A DNA stretch of 64,000 bases, taken from IMG/VR virus record IMGVR_UViG_3300028844_005216, positions 1-64,000 of that record; one strand, given 5' to 3'. The stretch is from a virus. The translations under genes and the position numbers were made by a program. This document shows, one piece after another, positions 28,868-39,003 of the stretch. The stretch's first letter is position 1, and every line of letters begins with the position of its first letter. Under the pieces are notes generated by a model. The model saw only the letters and a list, made by a program, of their open reading frames with translations. It had not been told where the DNA came from and did no database searches.

Positions 28868-28998
28868 GAAACCATCCTCATAATTTTTTCTGCCATAATA
28901 TGGAAATACTCATCCATAGAATCCTTGGTCTGATCACTATGATCCTTAGACCCTTGACGATATATATCTTCAACTAATTGTATTAGATCATCCATCAT
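28864..28998 (-). CDS. Hypothetical protein (44 aa)
   Basis: Translated by hand: MMDDLIQLVEDIYRQ...RMVS*; SD AAGGA; overlaps the next start. Confidence 0.5.
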   Translation of the reverse strand: MMDDLIQLVEDIYRQGSKDHSDQTKDSMDEYFHIMAEKIMRMVS

Positions 28999-29010
28999 AA
29001 ACATCCTTCA

Positions 29011-29154
29011 CTAAGGATACCATTGAAGAGTTTGAAGTAACATGGCAACTTGCTCTTCAATGGTATCATTTATAAACATGAACAAGTAAAAAAATCCAGC
29101 CAATATTGCGATTTGTATCGACCACCCTATAAGATAGGCAAAAAACTTAGCCAT
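29011..29154 (-). CDS. Small membrane protein
   Basis: MAKFFAYLIGWSIQIAILAGFFYLFMF; ATG overlaps the stop of the upstream gene. Confidence 0.55.
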   Translation of the reverse strand: MAKFFAYLIGWSIQIAILAGFFYLFMFINDTIEEQVAMLLQTLQWYP

Positions 29155-29633
29155 TATACATTCCACCAATTGGGCTTGTCTCGCTTTGACCACTTGGCAA
29201 AGTAAGCCTTGTCACCCATGTAGTAATTTCGATATGCTGTAACAGAATCATCACACTTGTATTCATCAGGCATACACTGAGGAGGTTGAGTATACTTGCC
29301 TGTCTTAATGTTTTTTGGAAGCCAGCCAAGAGCATCACGCAGCTTTGAATCGGACATATGAGTTTTGCCATAGCGATGAGTATACTCATAACAAAGACCC
29401 ACAAAATGATCGTATAGCCAAGAATAGTTGGCTGCACTTGATCGTGTCCAGATCGTGCTTGGATGATTCAGATGTGCTTTCTTGTAAAAGTTTTGAGGCA
29501 CATCATCATTGTCCAACTCTCGATGAGCGGTGCAGAGCATCTGCGCGCTTTCAAGAATCATCTTGACCACATGTTTGTCGCAACTCATTTCAGCAGCAAC
29601 GTATGGATCAGAGTCTAGATAAAAGATGTTCAC
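29154..29633 (-). CDS. Pyrimidine dimer DNA glycosylase / DenV-like protein
   Basis: MNIFYLD.DP..AA...CDKHVVKMILESAQML, H.NHPS..W, EY..RYGK.H, P.CMPDEYK, AYR.YY. Confidence 0.8.
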   Translation of the reverse strand: MNIFYLDSDPYVAAEMSCDKHVVKMILESAQMLCTAHRELDNDDVPQNFYKKAHLNHPSTIWTRSSAANYSWLYDHFVGLCYEYTHRYGKTHMSDSKLRDALGWLPKNIKTGKYTQPPQCMPDEYKCDDSVTAYRNYYMGDKAYFAKWSKRDKPNWWNV

Positions 29634-29746
29634 TTGAGATCCTTTACTCGGGTTTCCAGAACCTTGATGCCAATGGCGATATTCGCCAAACTATTACCGA
29701 TCCAAAACAGAATCGGAACAAACATAATTACAATCCATTCAATCAT
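29630..29746 (-). CDS. Small membrane protein (38 aa)
   Basis: Translated by hand: MIEWIVIMFVPILFWIGNSLANIAIGIKVLETRVKDLK*, with ATGA/GTGA overlaps on both sides. Confidence 0.55.
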   Translation of the reverse strand: MIEWIVIMFVPILFWIGNSLANIAIGIKVLETRVKDLK

Positions 29747-30876
29747 TTCACAATCCTCACAATTACCATTTCCTTACCAATGCGTCCGGTGACTGCAACC
29801 TCCTTGGCTGCAATATTCACAAGGGACTTTTTCAACTTAACCTTACCACCTTTCACAACGTCATCAAGAACCTTCTTGCAATACGATTCACGAATCTTCT
29901 TCTTGAATGACTGATCAGCATCAAACTCTTTGAGTGTGCTTCCCTTCACAGACATACCAATATCAGAAATATACTTGTGCATGAATCGCGTTTTGGTATC
30001 AAACACCCAGACCTGAGTTGCACCAATGATATCAGAAGACTTAACACTCTCAATACCAAAGTCTTCGTCAGACTTCTTGAAGTTCAATGACTTCACAAGA
30101 TCCTTCGGTGACTTGACCTTGCGCTTGCGAGCCTTGCGCTTTCCTCGACTCTGCTTCTGCCATTCGCGACAATCGTTGATGATGTTCGCAAGAAAAGCAA
30201 TCAGCTTACGCTTACGAGGCTTGGTCAGAAAAGCATAACCTTCAACCAATTGCTCATCCTCTCCACGAAGTGCTTCCTGCAATTCTTCGTAGATCGGCTG
30301 AAAGTGGTCAATGAAATACTTCATATAACCACCCTTAATTTCAGCCTGCTGAAGATAATCAAAAGTGCTGAACTTGCTCTTGCAGTTCGACTCAATGAAA
30401 TCATCAAGCTCACCTTCGATGTGACCAATGTGTTCACTCGCAGCATTGCGTGTGCGTTCTTGAATAGAAACAACAGGAGCAGAACTTTTTGCCTGCTTCT
30501 TTGCCTGCTTCTTTCCAAGAGCCTCATTGCCATCGACAATCAACTTGGCAACATATTCATCCAACTTGATCTTGTATCGCTCAAGGACAGAGGGAAACTC
30601 AAGACCGTTCGATGCCATCTTCGCAACAAAACCATAAGTCGTCTTGATAGAAGATGCGTCGAGCGCAGAGATCGCAGCAGCATCATTCTTTGAACTAACA
30701 TACTTTGCCAGAAAGTCCTGAGCATTATTATTGGAGTAGTTGTAATTGTACCAGTTGAGAGCATTGCCGAAACGGGAGTTCAGATCCTCATCTTTAAGGT
30801 CGTACTGATCGTCCCAGTCGGGCTCCGATCCCTGAAGCTCATATGCCTTCGGAATCTTCGATGCCTTGCGTGCCAT
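29743..30876 (-). CDS. Conserved T4-like hypothetical early protein
   Basis: ALNWYNY, SIQER, QLVEGY, IIGA..VWVFDTKTR, GRI...VIVR; preceded by a sigma70-type promoter. Confidence 0.75.
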   Translation of the reverse strand: MARKASKIPKAYELQGSEPDWDDQYDLKDEDLNSRFGNALNWYNYNYSNNNAQDFLAKYVSSKNDAAAISALDASSIKTTYGFVAKMASNGLEFPSVLERYKIKLDEYVAKLIVDGNEALGKKQAKKQAKSSAPVVSIQERTRNAASEHIGHIEGELDDFIESNCKSKFSTFDYLQQAEIKGGYMKYFIDHFQPIYEELQEALRGEDEQLVEGYAFLTKPRKRKLIAFLANIINDCREWQKQSRGKRKARKRKVKSPKDLVKSLNFKKSDEDFGIESVKSSDIIGATQVWVFDTKTRFMHKYISDIGMSVKGSTLKEFDADQSFKKKIRESYCKKVLDDVVKGGKVKLKKSLVNIAAKEVAVTGRIGKEMVIVRIVK

Positions 30877-30921
30877 TTGATTATACCTTTCAGTTCGGGG
30901 TGTTCTTCCCAGTGTCTCTAG

Positions 30922-30949
30922 AGTATAGCACTCTGAGGTGTGGTGTCAA
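30922..30949 (-). promoter_or_regulatory. Sigma70-type early promoter
   Basis: TTGACA-16 nt-TATACT with an extended -10 TG. Confidence 0.75.
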
Positions 30950-31035
30950 CACCCAATCCAAAAATAATCGAAAAAAAGTTTTCATCTCTGATTATATTGA
31001 AATTGGACATATATGTAGAAGATACTTAAATATAT

Positions 31036-31983
31036 TTATTTTTGTTTAACTTGCTCTTCAATCCAATCATAGGTAAGTTTCATCCCGTCTCGCATCGTAT
31101 ATTTCGGAGCCCATCCAAGAGCAGCAATCTTATCGACTGTTTGGTATCGACCCAAAACTCCAACGGGACCATCAATGTGTTTTCGGGAAACACCCTTGCC
31201 TGAAACATCAGAAACCATATCAACCAACTCATTGACTGTAACAATTTCTGTAGTTCCGATATTAAGGGGTTCGTGAATATCAGACTGAGTAAGTGTATAG
31301 ATTGCATTACAAAGATCATCAACATAGATGAAATTTCTTTCAGCCGTACCATCACCCCAAACTTCAATCTCACCACCCTCTTGTGGAAGCATCGCAATCT
31401 TTCGACAAATAGCTGCGGGAGCCTTTTCCCTACCACCATCCCATGTTCCTTCGGGACCGAAGCAATTTTGGAAACGTGCGATGCGAACTTCTAGCCCTGT
31501 ATTTCTAGCAAAGGCAAGTGCCATTCTTTCTGCGTATAATTTTTCCCATCCATATTCATTATCAGGAAATGCAGGATAAACTTCATCTTCACTAATCCAA
31601 CGCGAACCCAATTCTTGATCAGCATATACACAAGCAGAAGAAGAATAAAAATAACGACTCACCTTTCTTTCAGATGCAACATTGACCATATGAATATTGA
31701 TCAATGCGCTGTTTGTCATGATATCAGTCTCAGCGGAATCAATAAATCCCATGCCACCCATGTCAGCAGCCAACTGATAAACCTCGTCTATCGTATCATC
31801 CAAAACAACTTCACACACCTCTCGCTTGGAAAGATCGCCAATGATAAACTCATCAGCTTCCGTTTCTGCATACGGAGGATGTTTGAGATCCGCACCACGA
31901 ACCCAATAACCTTCACGCTTCAACTTCTTAACAAGATGGGCTCCGATGAACCCGCCTGCTCCACATACTAATGCTCTCTTCAT
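31036..31983 (-). CDS. NAD-dependent epimerase, GDP-mannose 3,5-epimerase-like
   Basis: GAGGFIG, YQLAADMGGMGFI, FYSSSACVY, YGWEK, GPEGTWDGGREKAPAAICRK, WGDG, GPVGV.GR; SD AGGAG before ATG 31983. Confidence 0.88.
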   Translation of the reverse strand: MKRALVCGAGGFIGAHLVKKLKREGYWVRGADLKHPPYAETEADEFIIGDLSKREVCEVVLDDTIDEVYQLAADMGGMGFIDSAETDIMTNSALINIHMVNVASERKVSRYFYSSSACVYADQELGSRWISEDEVYPAFPDNEYGWEKLYAERMALAFARNTGLEVRIARFQNCFGPEGTWDGGREKAPAAICRKIAMLPQEGGEIEVWGDGTAERNFIYVDDLCNAIYTLTQSDIHEPLNIGTTEIVTVNELVDMVSDVSGKGVSRKHIDGPVGVLGRYQTVDKIAALGWAPKYTMRDGMKLTYDWIEEQVKQK

Positions 31984-32012
31984 TTCAAATCTCCTCACGT
32001 TTAAGATTTTTT

Positions 32013-32669
32013 TCATACTAACTCCATATTTTTAAACTCTTCAAAAGATATTAAATTCAATAAATCTTTTTTGTATAAACAAAACAAATCAAAATCATCC
32101 AGAACATCTTCACAAGAAAAAATTTCATTAGTATAAAGTTCTTGCTTTCCTCTCGGGTTTATAATTCCACACCCCTCATCAGTATCAACAGTATACACCT
32201 CAATATTTGAATTAGTGTATCTCAACTTAATCAACGATTTATATACAGTTCCATTCCAATGAGTTTTAGATTGTGTAGTAAAATCATAATAATCTTCTCT
32301 AATATCATGCACAGTAACAGGACAACAATCATGTAAAACAATTAACCCACTATCCGAAATATGATCTAAAGAATTTTTTATGTCACGATCTACCTGTTCC
32401 TCTAAATGTAAACCGTCAATAAAAATTAAATCATATTTATCATCTTCTGGAATAGTATTGAAGTATTCGTCCGAAGTCATCACAAAAATATTTGGAGATG
32501 TATATTGCGGCGATGGATCAACCCCAGTTTTATTATCACACGCAATTTGCATAAAACAATGACCGGCGTGAATGCCAATCTCTAAATAGCTGGAATAATC
32601 TTTAACCTGTATCATGTGATTTATTATTTGCTCTTTTGTCGTCATTCTAATATTACTCCTCGCGTTCAT
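32013..32669 (-). CDS. Class I SAM methyltransferase (Methyltransf_24-like)
   Basis: YLEIG, GVDP, MTSDEYF, DLIFIDGLH, LHDC, WNG.V.K, DTDEGCG. Confidence 0.85.
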   Translation of the reverse strand: MNARSNIRMTTKEQIINHMIQVKDYSSYLEIGIHAGHCFMQIACDNKTGVDPSPQYTSPNIFVMTSDEYFNTIPEDDKYDLIFIDGLHLEEQVDRDIKNSLDHISDSGLIVLHDCCPVTVHDIREDYYDFTTQSKTHWNGTVYKSLIKLRYTNSNIEVYTVDTDEGCGIINPRGKQELYTNEIFSCEDVLDDFDLFCLYKKDLLNLISFEEFKNMELV

Positions 32670-33420
32670 CAGAATATCTCATACTCAAATCCATTTGATT
32701 CATATTTTTTCCACCGAATCTCTTTTTAGCATCAAACCATGTCCTAAGTTTATCGTGTTTTATAAAACACGATTCTACCACAAAACTCCTCATCCCCTTT
32801 GGTGTGTTATGATAAAACATATATTCTTCTTGACCACCCCACATTTCATATTCTCTTGTAGAAAAAAGCCAATGACGATCTCTATACTTTTTTATAAATT
32901 CAGAATGAAATCCCAGAAAAAAACCATTTAAAGGAAATCCTGAATGGTTGCCCCAAACATAATTAGTCACTTCGATCACATCACTTCCACGATCATTTCT
33001 AATTTGGGGTGTACATCCGGGCACACCATGTTTATTTGAAACCGGACCATACAAACCATCAGGTTTACAATCAGAATTCCTAATAACATCTACAAATGAA
33101 TTAATCCCATCATCCACTACCAAATCATCATTTAGATTACAAATAACATCACACCCATAATCAAATGCATAATTAACGCCAACATTCCATGCGTATGTCA
33201 AACCACCAATTTTTTGATCAGTTATTTTATAATAAATCATATCATCAGATACACCATCCACAAATTCAAAGTCTAAGGTAGACGAATTGTCGATAACAAA
33301 AATCTTATAATCCGAAGTGATAGAATTTCTTATAGAACGCACCAACCTTTCCAGCATACGCCTTCCAGTAGGTCGATGGTTTTCATCATGGTAGTACGTT
33401 ATCACAAATCCAGAAGTCAT
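32653..33420 (-). CDS. Glycosyltransferase, GT-A/GT2-like
   Basis: VIDNSS, GLTYAWNVG, LNDD, GPVSN. Confidence 0.7.
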   Translation of the reverse strand: MTSGFVITYYHDENHRPTGRRMLERLVRSIRNSITSDYKIFVIDNSSTLDFEFVDGVSDDMIYYKITDQKIGGLTYAWNVGVNYAFDYGCDVICNLNDDLVVDDGINSFVDVIRNSDCKPDGLYGPVSNKHGVPGCTPQIRNDRGSDVIEVTNYVWGNHSGFPLNGFFLGFHSEFIKKYRDRHWLFSTREYEMWGGQEEYMFYHNTPKGMRSFVVESCFIKHDKLRTWFDAKKRFGGKNMNQMDLSMRYSDEREE

Positions 33421-34211
33421 AATATCTTATTAGCCCAACCCGTTATCAAATTCTCCCAATATATAGAATATGCCAAATCTTTTGGGTTATTTTTAACTCT
33501 TTCATATTCCGAATTCAAAAAATCTAAATCAGATAATTGATTCCAATCAGACAGAGCAATGATCGGTGCCTCCAAAAAAGATTCCAAAGGAAACTTGCTC
33601 TTAACAATCGGAACCCGACCAAACCGAATAACCTCCCAAAGTCTATGAGTATCAGCGGGAGCATTTCCTCTAGGACACACCACCATCTTATGGTCCAAAA
33701 TATTCAAAGCATAATCGTAAAAAGATAAGGGAGCATGATCTTGTGGTTTGTTGTAAATATGACAAGTTATATGAGGGAGATTTTGGCAAATTTGTGCAAC
33801 ACGATTCCGACCGAAATAATTACCAAAATTGAAATTGGCATATACTTCTTTTGTAGGATCTCTTTGGGGGGGAGTTTCCAAAGTTTCTTTCTTTAACGTC
33901 CTCCACGGGCCCGGAACAGAACCCTGCATTTCTACAGCACATTCTTCTGTATTCTCTAATCCAAAAGGAACAGGAACAACCAATGGGCTATCTACCTGAA
34001 CAACTTGACAAAACCATTTTTTAAGGCTAGGTGGAGCCATTGACAATAATTCATCAGTAACCGGATAATCACTGTTACCAGAGATTAAAATAAATGGGTC
34101 ATCACGATATTTTGCCTGCTCAAATAAAGATAAAACAAATTCATATTTTCTGAAAAAAATATTCTTGTTATTATCCAATTTGGATAGATCATTAAATCTA
34201 AAAAATTTCAC
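33417..34211 (-). CDS. Exostosin/GT47-like glycosyltransferase
   Basis: NSD, PVPFGLEN, VYANF, VCPRGN..DTHRLWE....GRVPIV, YW. Confidence 0.7.
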   Translation of the reverse strand: MKFFRFNDLSKLDNNKNIFFRKYEFVLSLFEQAKYRDDPFILISGNSDYPVTDELLSMAPPSLKKWFCQVVQVDSPLVVPVPFGLENTEECAVEMQGSVPGPWRTLKKETLETPPQRDPTKEVYANFNFGNYFGRNRVAQICQNLPHITCHIYNKPQDHAPLSFYDYALNILDHKMVVCPRGNAPADTHRLWEVIRFGRVPIVKSKFPLESFLEAPIIALSDWNQLSDLDFLNSEYERVKNNPKDLAYSIYWENLITGWANKIL

Positions 34212-35068
34212 AACGACTTTTCCTTTTCTATAATAGTCTTTACAATGTCATCTATAATATACTTATGATCTTCATAAGGACGAGCCGGAAATACATCTAT
34301 AAAAAACCCATCAAGGATCATTTGTTTTTGTTCGGGAGTTAATTTTTTCTGAAACCAAAAATCATAATTAAAATTTGGAATTCCCATCTGAACCATAATA
34401 CTTGCGGTACGATCTATTCTTCGCAGGCTGCGCTGAAGAACAAAATCTGGATGATCTATATGCTTACATTTAATTTTATTTTCTCGAATTAACCAAGCAA
34501 ATAATGATTCATCTGAAAACTCATCAAATATATGTTTGGTACTTTCTTTACCGTCTCGGGGATTATTAATATTAGAAAATTTATTAATAAAATCATCAAA
34601 GGACATTCCTTTATTAATTCCAAACAATTTCCTAAATCCTTGAGAATATGCTGTAGTAAAATACATTGGAAATTTCCCATCAATACCATATGGTCTTCCA
34701 ATGTATCCATTTGCTCCAATGGCTATAAGATCATTGTCAATTAAATAATCTTCTTTAATGCAGGAATTTAACCAATCAAAATTAATAAGAAATTGGTCAA
34801 TATCCATAAGTGTAAAAAGAGATTCTTCATCATCTAACTGAGAAACCAAAAAACTTCTTCCTAATTTAGCCTGAATTCCAGAAGCAAATCCATCAAGAAG
34901 TGGAAAAATCTCTACTTTTTCTATATTCAAATGGCTCCAAGGATGCGTATCTTTGTCTGTCACATACGAAACATAGACCTTATGCCCCAACTCTATATAA
35001 AAAGAAGCAGCCTTCTCTAAGAAAGAGAAATAAGTAGGATCATCATTTACAGATAGAACAATATTCAT
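34208..35068 (-). CDS. Hypothetical protein, possible GT-A fold
   Basis: QAKLGR, MDID (DxD), FPMYF, SDE, RIDR; lies within the sugar cluster. Confidence 0.55.
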   Translation of the reverse strand: MNIVLSVNDDPTYFSFLEKAASFYIELGHKVYVSYVTDKDTHPWSHLNIEKVEIFPLLDGFASGIQAKLGRSFLVSQLDDEESLFTLMDIDQFLINFDWLNSCIKEDYLIDNDLIAIGANGYIGRPYGIDGKFPMYFTTAYSQGFRKLFGINKGMSFDDFINKFSNINNPRDGKESTKHIFDEFSDESLFAWLIRENKIKCKHIDHPDFVLQRSLRRIDRTASIMVQMGIPNFNYDFWFQKKLTPEQKQMILDGFFIDVFPARPYEDHKYIIDDIVKTIIEKEKSL

Positions 35069-35077
35069 TATAGTTCC

Positions 35078-35685
35078 TCACCTATATTCTATGGGAATAT
35101 AAATATTATTATCACTAAGTATTGATTCAATATCTAATGTTGTAATGATACCATTCAAATGAGCAAACTCATGCTGCCCCAGCCAACCATTTGCCCGCAA
35201 AAGTGCTGCATTAACATTAGGATTTTTACCTTAGAATTTATATGGTTTTTAAATTTATCAAAATCATCATCATTGTATACATCTCCTCTAAAATGCGTAA
35301 TCTTATTTGTGTTGTGTTCATATTGATTTATTTGGTCTGAGGATTTTACTTTAGTAAATTTAGATTCTATTGTTGGATTAATTTTGTTAATATCAAAGGC
35401 ATACAGATTTGAGTGGTTCAAAAAATTAGAAACTTGATAGAATGTTTTCAAAACAGAAACCCCTACCTCTACATAATTAATTTCTTTGGTTTCAAAATAT
35501 GTCTGCAAATACAACATCAAATCAACATAAGTAATCTCACGATCTATAGACAAATCAATTAAATTCCTAACCTGTGGAGGCAATCCATAATTATCAGAAC
35601 TGGCGTGATAATCTTCATCAGTTATAAAGGATTCTACAGATTCTAATGTCTTGCGATTAATATCAATAACTCCAGACATATTCAT
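35078..35685 (-). pseudogene. Frame-broken methyltransferase-like gene
   Basis: The N-part has YVEVGVSVLKT and FDIN. After about 35228 a different frame continues NPNVNAALLRANGWLGQHEFAHLNGIITTLDIE...EYR* to 35078. Confidence 0.55.
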
Positions 35686-36401
35686 AACAATTTACTCCTA
35701 TGGTGATATATCAACTGCTCATTTTCTAATATCACTCCAGACTTAAATCCCCATTGAGTAATATCTGAGTATATATATGCGTCATACTTTCTGCATAATA
35801 AACTAAAGATTGACTGATCGTGTCTATGATCTTCAAAGTCAGAAAAGTTTTCTTGATAGACATTTTCCGAATCCGTAATCGAAGACTCAACACAACACGC
35901 ACTTAACCACTGATTTATAAAATCAAGCGAAAAGTCATTTTTACAAATCGCAATAAAACTAGCCATTACTTGAGGAAGGTCTGCATATTTATTCACGTTC
36001 AAGTTGTAAAAGCAATCACCCTTAGTCCATCTGGAATTTTTATGAAAATCTTCAAGTTGAAATCCAACTATTCCTCTGCTTTCATTGACACACTTATCAA
36101 AAATAGGATCAAATGAATTTATAAAAACGGAAGCACTATCCGCATATACAACAACATCACCACATTCGACCTCTTCAAGAGCATCTAAAATTATATAAGG
36201 TTTCCACAACCAATAACCAGCACCACGTTTACTACTCAATATATTATGATACTCTTGTAAAAAAGTTTCGTCTATAAGACTAGGATCGTATTCAAAAACA
36301 TCATCAAAATTACCTGTCTCTAAAGCAGACTCAGAATTTATGTGTTGTGTTTTTTTATAATCTTCTGTTGCATAATTAACCAGAATTCTTTTCATATTCA
36401 A
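35682..36401 (-). CDS. Putative glycosyltransferase (GYWLWKP...HRHDQS family)
   Basis: RGAGYWLWKPYII, VYADS, WTKGD, EDHRHDQSIFSLL. Confidence 0.7.
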   Translation of the reverse strand: MNMKRILVNYATEDYKKTQHINSESALETGNFDDVFEYDPSLIDETFLQEYHNILSSKRGAGYWLWKPYIILDALEEVECGDVVVYADSASVFINSFDPIFDKCVNESRGIVGFQLEDFHKNSRWTKGDCFYNLNVNKYADLPQVMASFIAICKNDFSLDFINQWLSACCVESSITDSENVYQENFSDFEDHRHDQSIFSLLCRKYDAYIYSDITQWGFKSGVILENEQLIYHHRSKLL

Positions 36402-36416
36402 AGAAGCTCCTTAGTA

Positions 36417-37412
36417 TCACTTTCTCCAAAAAGAATACATTTTTGTTTCTAATTCATAATCAACATTTTTAACTTCTCTCTCAGGCTGATCCATAGCCCA
36501 AATAAACATTTCTCTAAATGTAGATTCTAAATCCGTTTCATCTCTAAACGATAAAAGATTTTTTGCTTTTGTTTGATCAGAATATGCAAACTTAACTTCA
36601 TTTCTAGGTTCATGATGGACAATTTTTGAATCGTATCCATAGTCACGCCCAATTCTCTGAATCATTTTTGCTGCATCCAAAATTGTAATTTTTTCATCTG
36701 CACCAATATTGAATATTTCAGAATCATGATAAAACATCAAATCATAAAAAGGCTTCATGTAATATCGAATGTCTGAGAATGATCTCTCTTGCAAACCATC
36801 ACCGAAAACCGTAATGTCTTCCCCCGCAAGCAGTTTTCTAATCCAAATACCTATTACGTTTCGGTATCTGTCCCAGATATTTTGCTTCACTCCAATTACA
36901 TTGTGTGGTCTTACGATAGAATACCTAAGTCCAAAATGATCAAATGCAGACTTCAAATCATGTTCAACGGCAAACTTTGCAATTCCATACGGATCTTCCG
37001 GTTCCGGTTTCATGTCTTCCGTGAATGGTGGATTTTGACCACCATAAACTGCCATAGAAGATGTGAAGATTATCTTTTTAACCTGATACTTCACGCACAG
37101 GTTTATCACATTCACAGAACACAAAACATTATTAGTGTAGTTGAAATTGCGAATCCAATGAGAAAGACCTTCTGCTGCATATGCAGCAAAATGAAAAACA
37201 TAATCAATGTTTTCATTCAAAAATATCTCCTCTAAGGAATCCCGATCACACAAATCAATTTCATAGAAATGGAGTCTTGGATCTACAAAAGATCGGTATC
37301 CTCCAGACAAATTATCTATACCAACAACACCAATACCATTGTCTAAAAGATATTTTGAAAAATGACCTCCCAATAGACCAGCACATCCTGTCACTAAAAC
37401 TTTCATCAACAA
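36417..37412 (-). CDS. NAD-dependent sugar epimerase/dehydratase (GalE-like)
   Basis: VLVTGCAGLLG, DNLSGG, HFAAYAAEGLS, FTSSMAVYG, PYGIAK (YxxxK), GDGLQ.R.FS. Confidence 0.9.
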   Translation of the reverse strand: MLMKVLVTGCAGLLGGHFSKYLLDNGIGVVGIDNLSGGYRSFVDPRLHFYEIDLCDRDSLEEIFLNENIDYVFHFAAYAAEGLSHWIRNFNYTNNVLCSVNVINLCVKYQVKKIIFTSSMAVYGGQNPPFTEDMKPEPEDPYGIAKFAVEHDLKSAFDHFGLRYSIVRPHNVIGVKQNIWDRYRNVIGIWIRKLLAGEDITVFGDGLQERSFSDIRYYMKPFYDLMFYHDSEIFNIGADEKITILDAAKMIQRIGRDYGYDSKIVHHEPRNEVKFAYSDQTKAKNLLSFRDETDLESTFREMFIWAMDQPEREVKNVDYELETKMYSFWRK

Positions 37413-38305
37413 CTCTCCAAAAAATAGCCCATTTTATGAGTCCAATAAGACAATTTAATCTTATTCATATCATAATCATTTTGAATCTTTCGCTTTGAAA
37501 TTTTTTCATATTCTAATTGTAAATACTCAAAATTCAAATCATCCCAATCCTTTACAGCCAAAATGGGCAAATCTTGATACAATTCCGATATAGGGGATTT
37601 TTCTACAATTGGAATACAATCGAGATATAATGCCTCCCAAGTCCTGTGACAATCTACCCCGGCACCGGGAGGAGACATGATATATTTACAGTTAATCATT
37701 TCATCGTAAACAAAGGGTGATGTTTCAGAAATTTTTATTTTTCCATCGACATTTGAAGTTTTCCAATACTCATTTAATGGGGCAGTATATGGAAAATTAT
37801 GACAAAAGGAACTCCATTCATTATTAGAATTATTATATAAATTTGATCTGGTGGGGGTGTGGTCCAAAAAATTAACACCAACCCAGTGATCTCTATTATG
37901 AAAATCAATTTTATGATCTAAAAGATAATTACTCAAAGAATTTTTTTGCCCATAATGATTTAAACCGATAGGAATTGCTGAAATTTTATCATGACCCCCT
38001 TCAGGGATATTCCATGCAAAAATGTGCCTGAGATTTGGGTTTTGCAAAACCCCAAAATCCAAAAAATATTCATCAGACTCGATAATAATTAATACGAACG
38101 GAACATTTATTTTATTGACACATTCGCTAAAAAAGAAGTTCAAAATATTCTGATAACCAGTTAAGCACACAAAAACAGTTCCAGTTAATTCATGAAAATC
38201 AATATCATTAATATTACTAAAATCTCTGGTGTGAACAATACAATCTTTCTGATTCTTAACCCAATTCACAATTCCAACTTCAGATATAAGATCAACCACA
38301 ATCAA
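37406..38305 (-). CDS. Exostosin/GT47-like glycosyltransferase
   Basis: ESD, IPIGL, SPPGAGVDCHRTWEALYL.CIPIV, LPIL.V.DW, YW. Confidence 0.72.
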   Translation of the reverse strand: MIVVDLISEVGIVNWVKNQKDCIVHTRDFSNINDIDFHELTGTVFVCLTGYQNILNFFFSECVNKINVPFVLIIIESDEYFLDFGVLQNPNLRHIFAWNIPEGGHDKISAIPIGLNHYGQKNSLSNYLLDHKIDFHNRDHWVGVNFLDHTPTRSNLYNNSNNEWSSFCHNFPYTAPLNEYWKTSNVDGKIKISETSPFVYDEMINCKYIMSPPGAGVDCHRTWEALYLDCIPIVEKSPISELYQDLPILAVKDWDDLNFEYLQLEYEKISKRKIQNDYDMNKIKLSYWTHKMGYFLESC

Positions 38306-39003
38306 ACCCCTAACCCAAAGTTGTTTGCCTTGCGTTCGTAGAACAACTTCTCATCATGAATACGATCCTCATCATTATCATTATCTATGTATAACTGATC
38401 ATACCCACTCTTTGCCCCATCATATCCATTTGAGTGTGTCCAGTCTGGGTGCTGATGCTTGAATATTGGTTCAGGGATAAATGCTAATTTATCAAGACGA
38501 TCAGCAACTTCTGTAAACTCATTGTCGCACCAAAAGGTAATGTATTCTGGATAATAGATGTAGTTGAATCGTTCATAATAGGGCTTTCCCATGATACACA
38601 TTGTATCGGTCCTATTGTTGTATCCATCATAAAACCAAAGCACCCCATCTCCGTCATCATAACAAACATCAAGTTCCTGAACGATTACGTCATCCCAACC
38701 TTTCTGTAAGACTTCCCAGTCATCAGAAGGCTGCATTAGAATATCGTAATCCGAAGAAACCTTTTCAATATCCCGATTTACAGAACCAATCTTTCCAGCA
38801 CGTTCATCGAAAAAATACGAAAGATTGTCATATGATTCAAGGCGCTTAATTGTTTCGGGAGTATTCATAGTCTCGTCATCATTGTCACACGAAATTAGAT
38901 AATGACAATCATGGTCCCCAGACTGTGAATTAACAAACTGATCCAACACATTAAAAAATGTGTCATGTCTTCCGCGAGTCGGAAACTTTACCAACAACTT
39001 CAT
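38302..39003 (-). CDS. Glycosyltransferase, GT2-like
   Basis: KFPTRGR, CDNDD, KIGSVNRD, SDD, WD..I, Y.P.Y....CDNEF, H.HP. Confidence 0.78.
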   Translation of the reverse strand: MKLLVKFPTRGRHDTFFNVLDQFVNSQSGDHDCHYLISCDNDDETMNTPETIKRLESYDNLSYFFDERAGKIGSVNRDIEKVSSDYDILMQPSDDWEVLQKGWDDVIVQELDVCYDDGDGVLWFYDGYNNRTDTMCIMGKPYYERFNYIYYPEYITFWCDNEFTEVADRLDKLAFIPEPIFKHQHPDWTHSNGYDGAKSGYDQLYIDNDNDEDRIHDEKLFYERKANNFGLGV

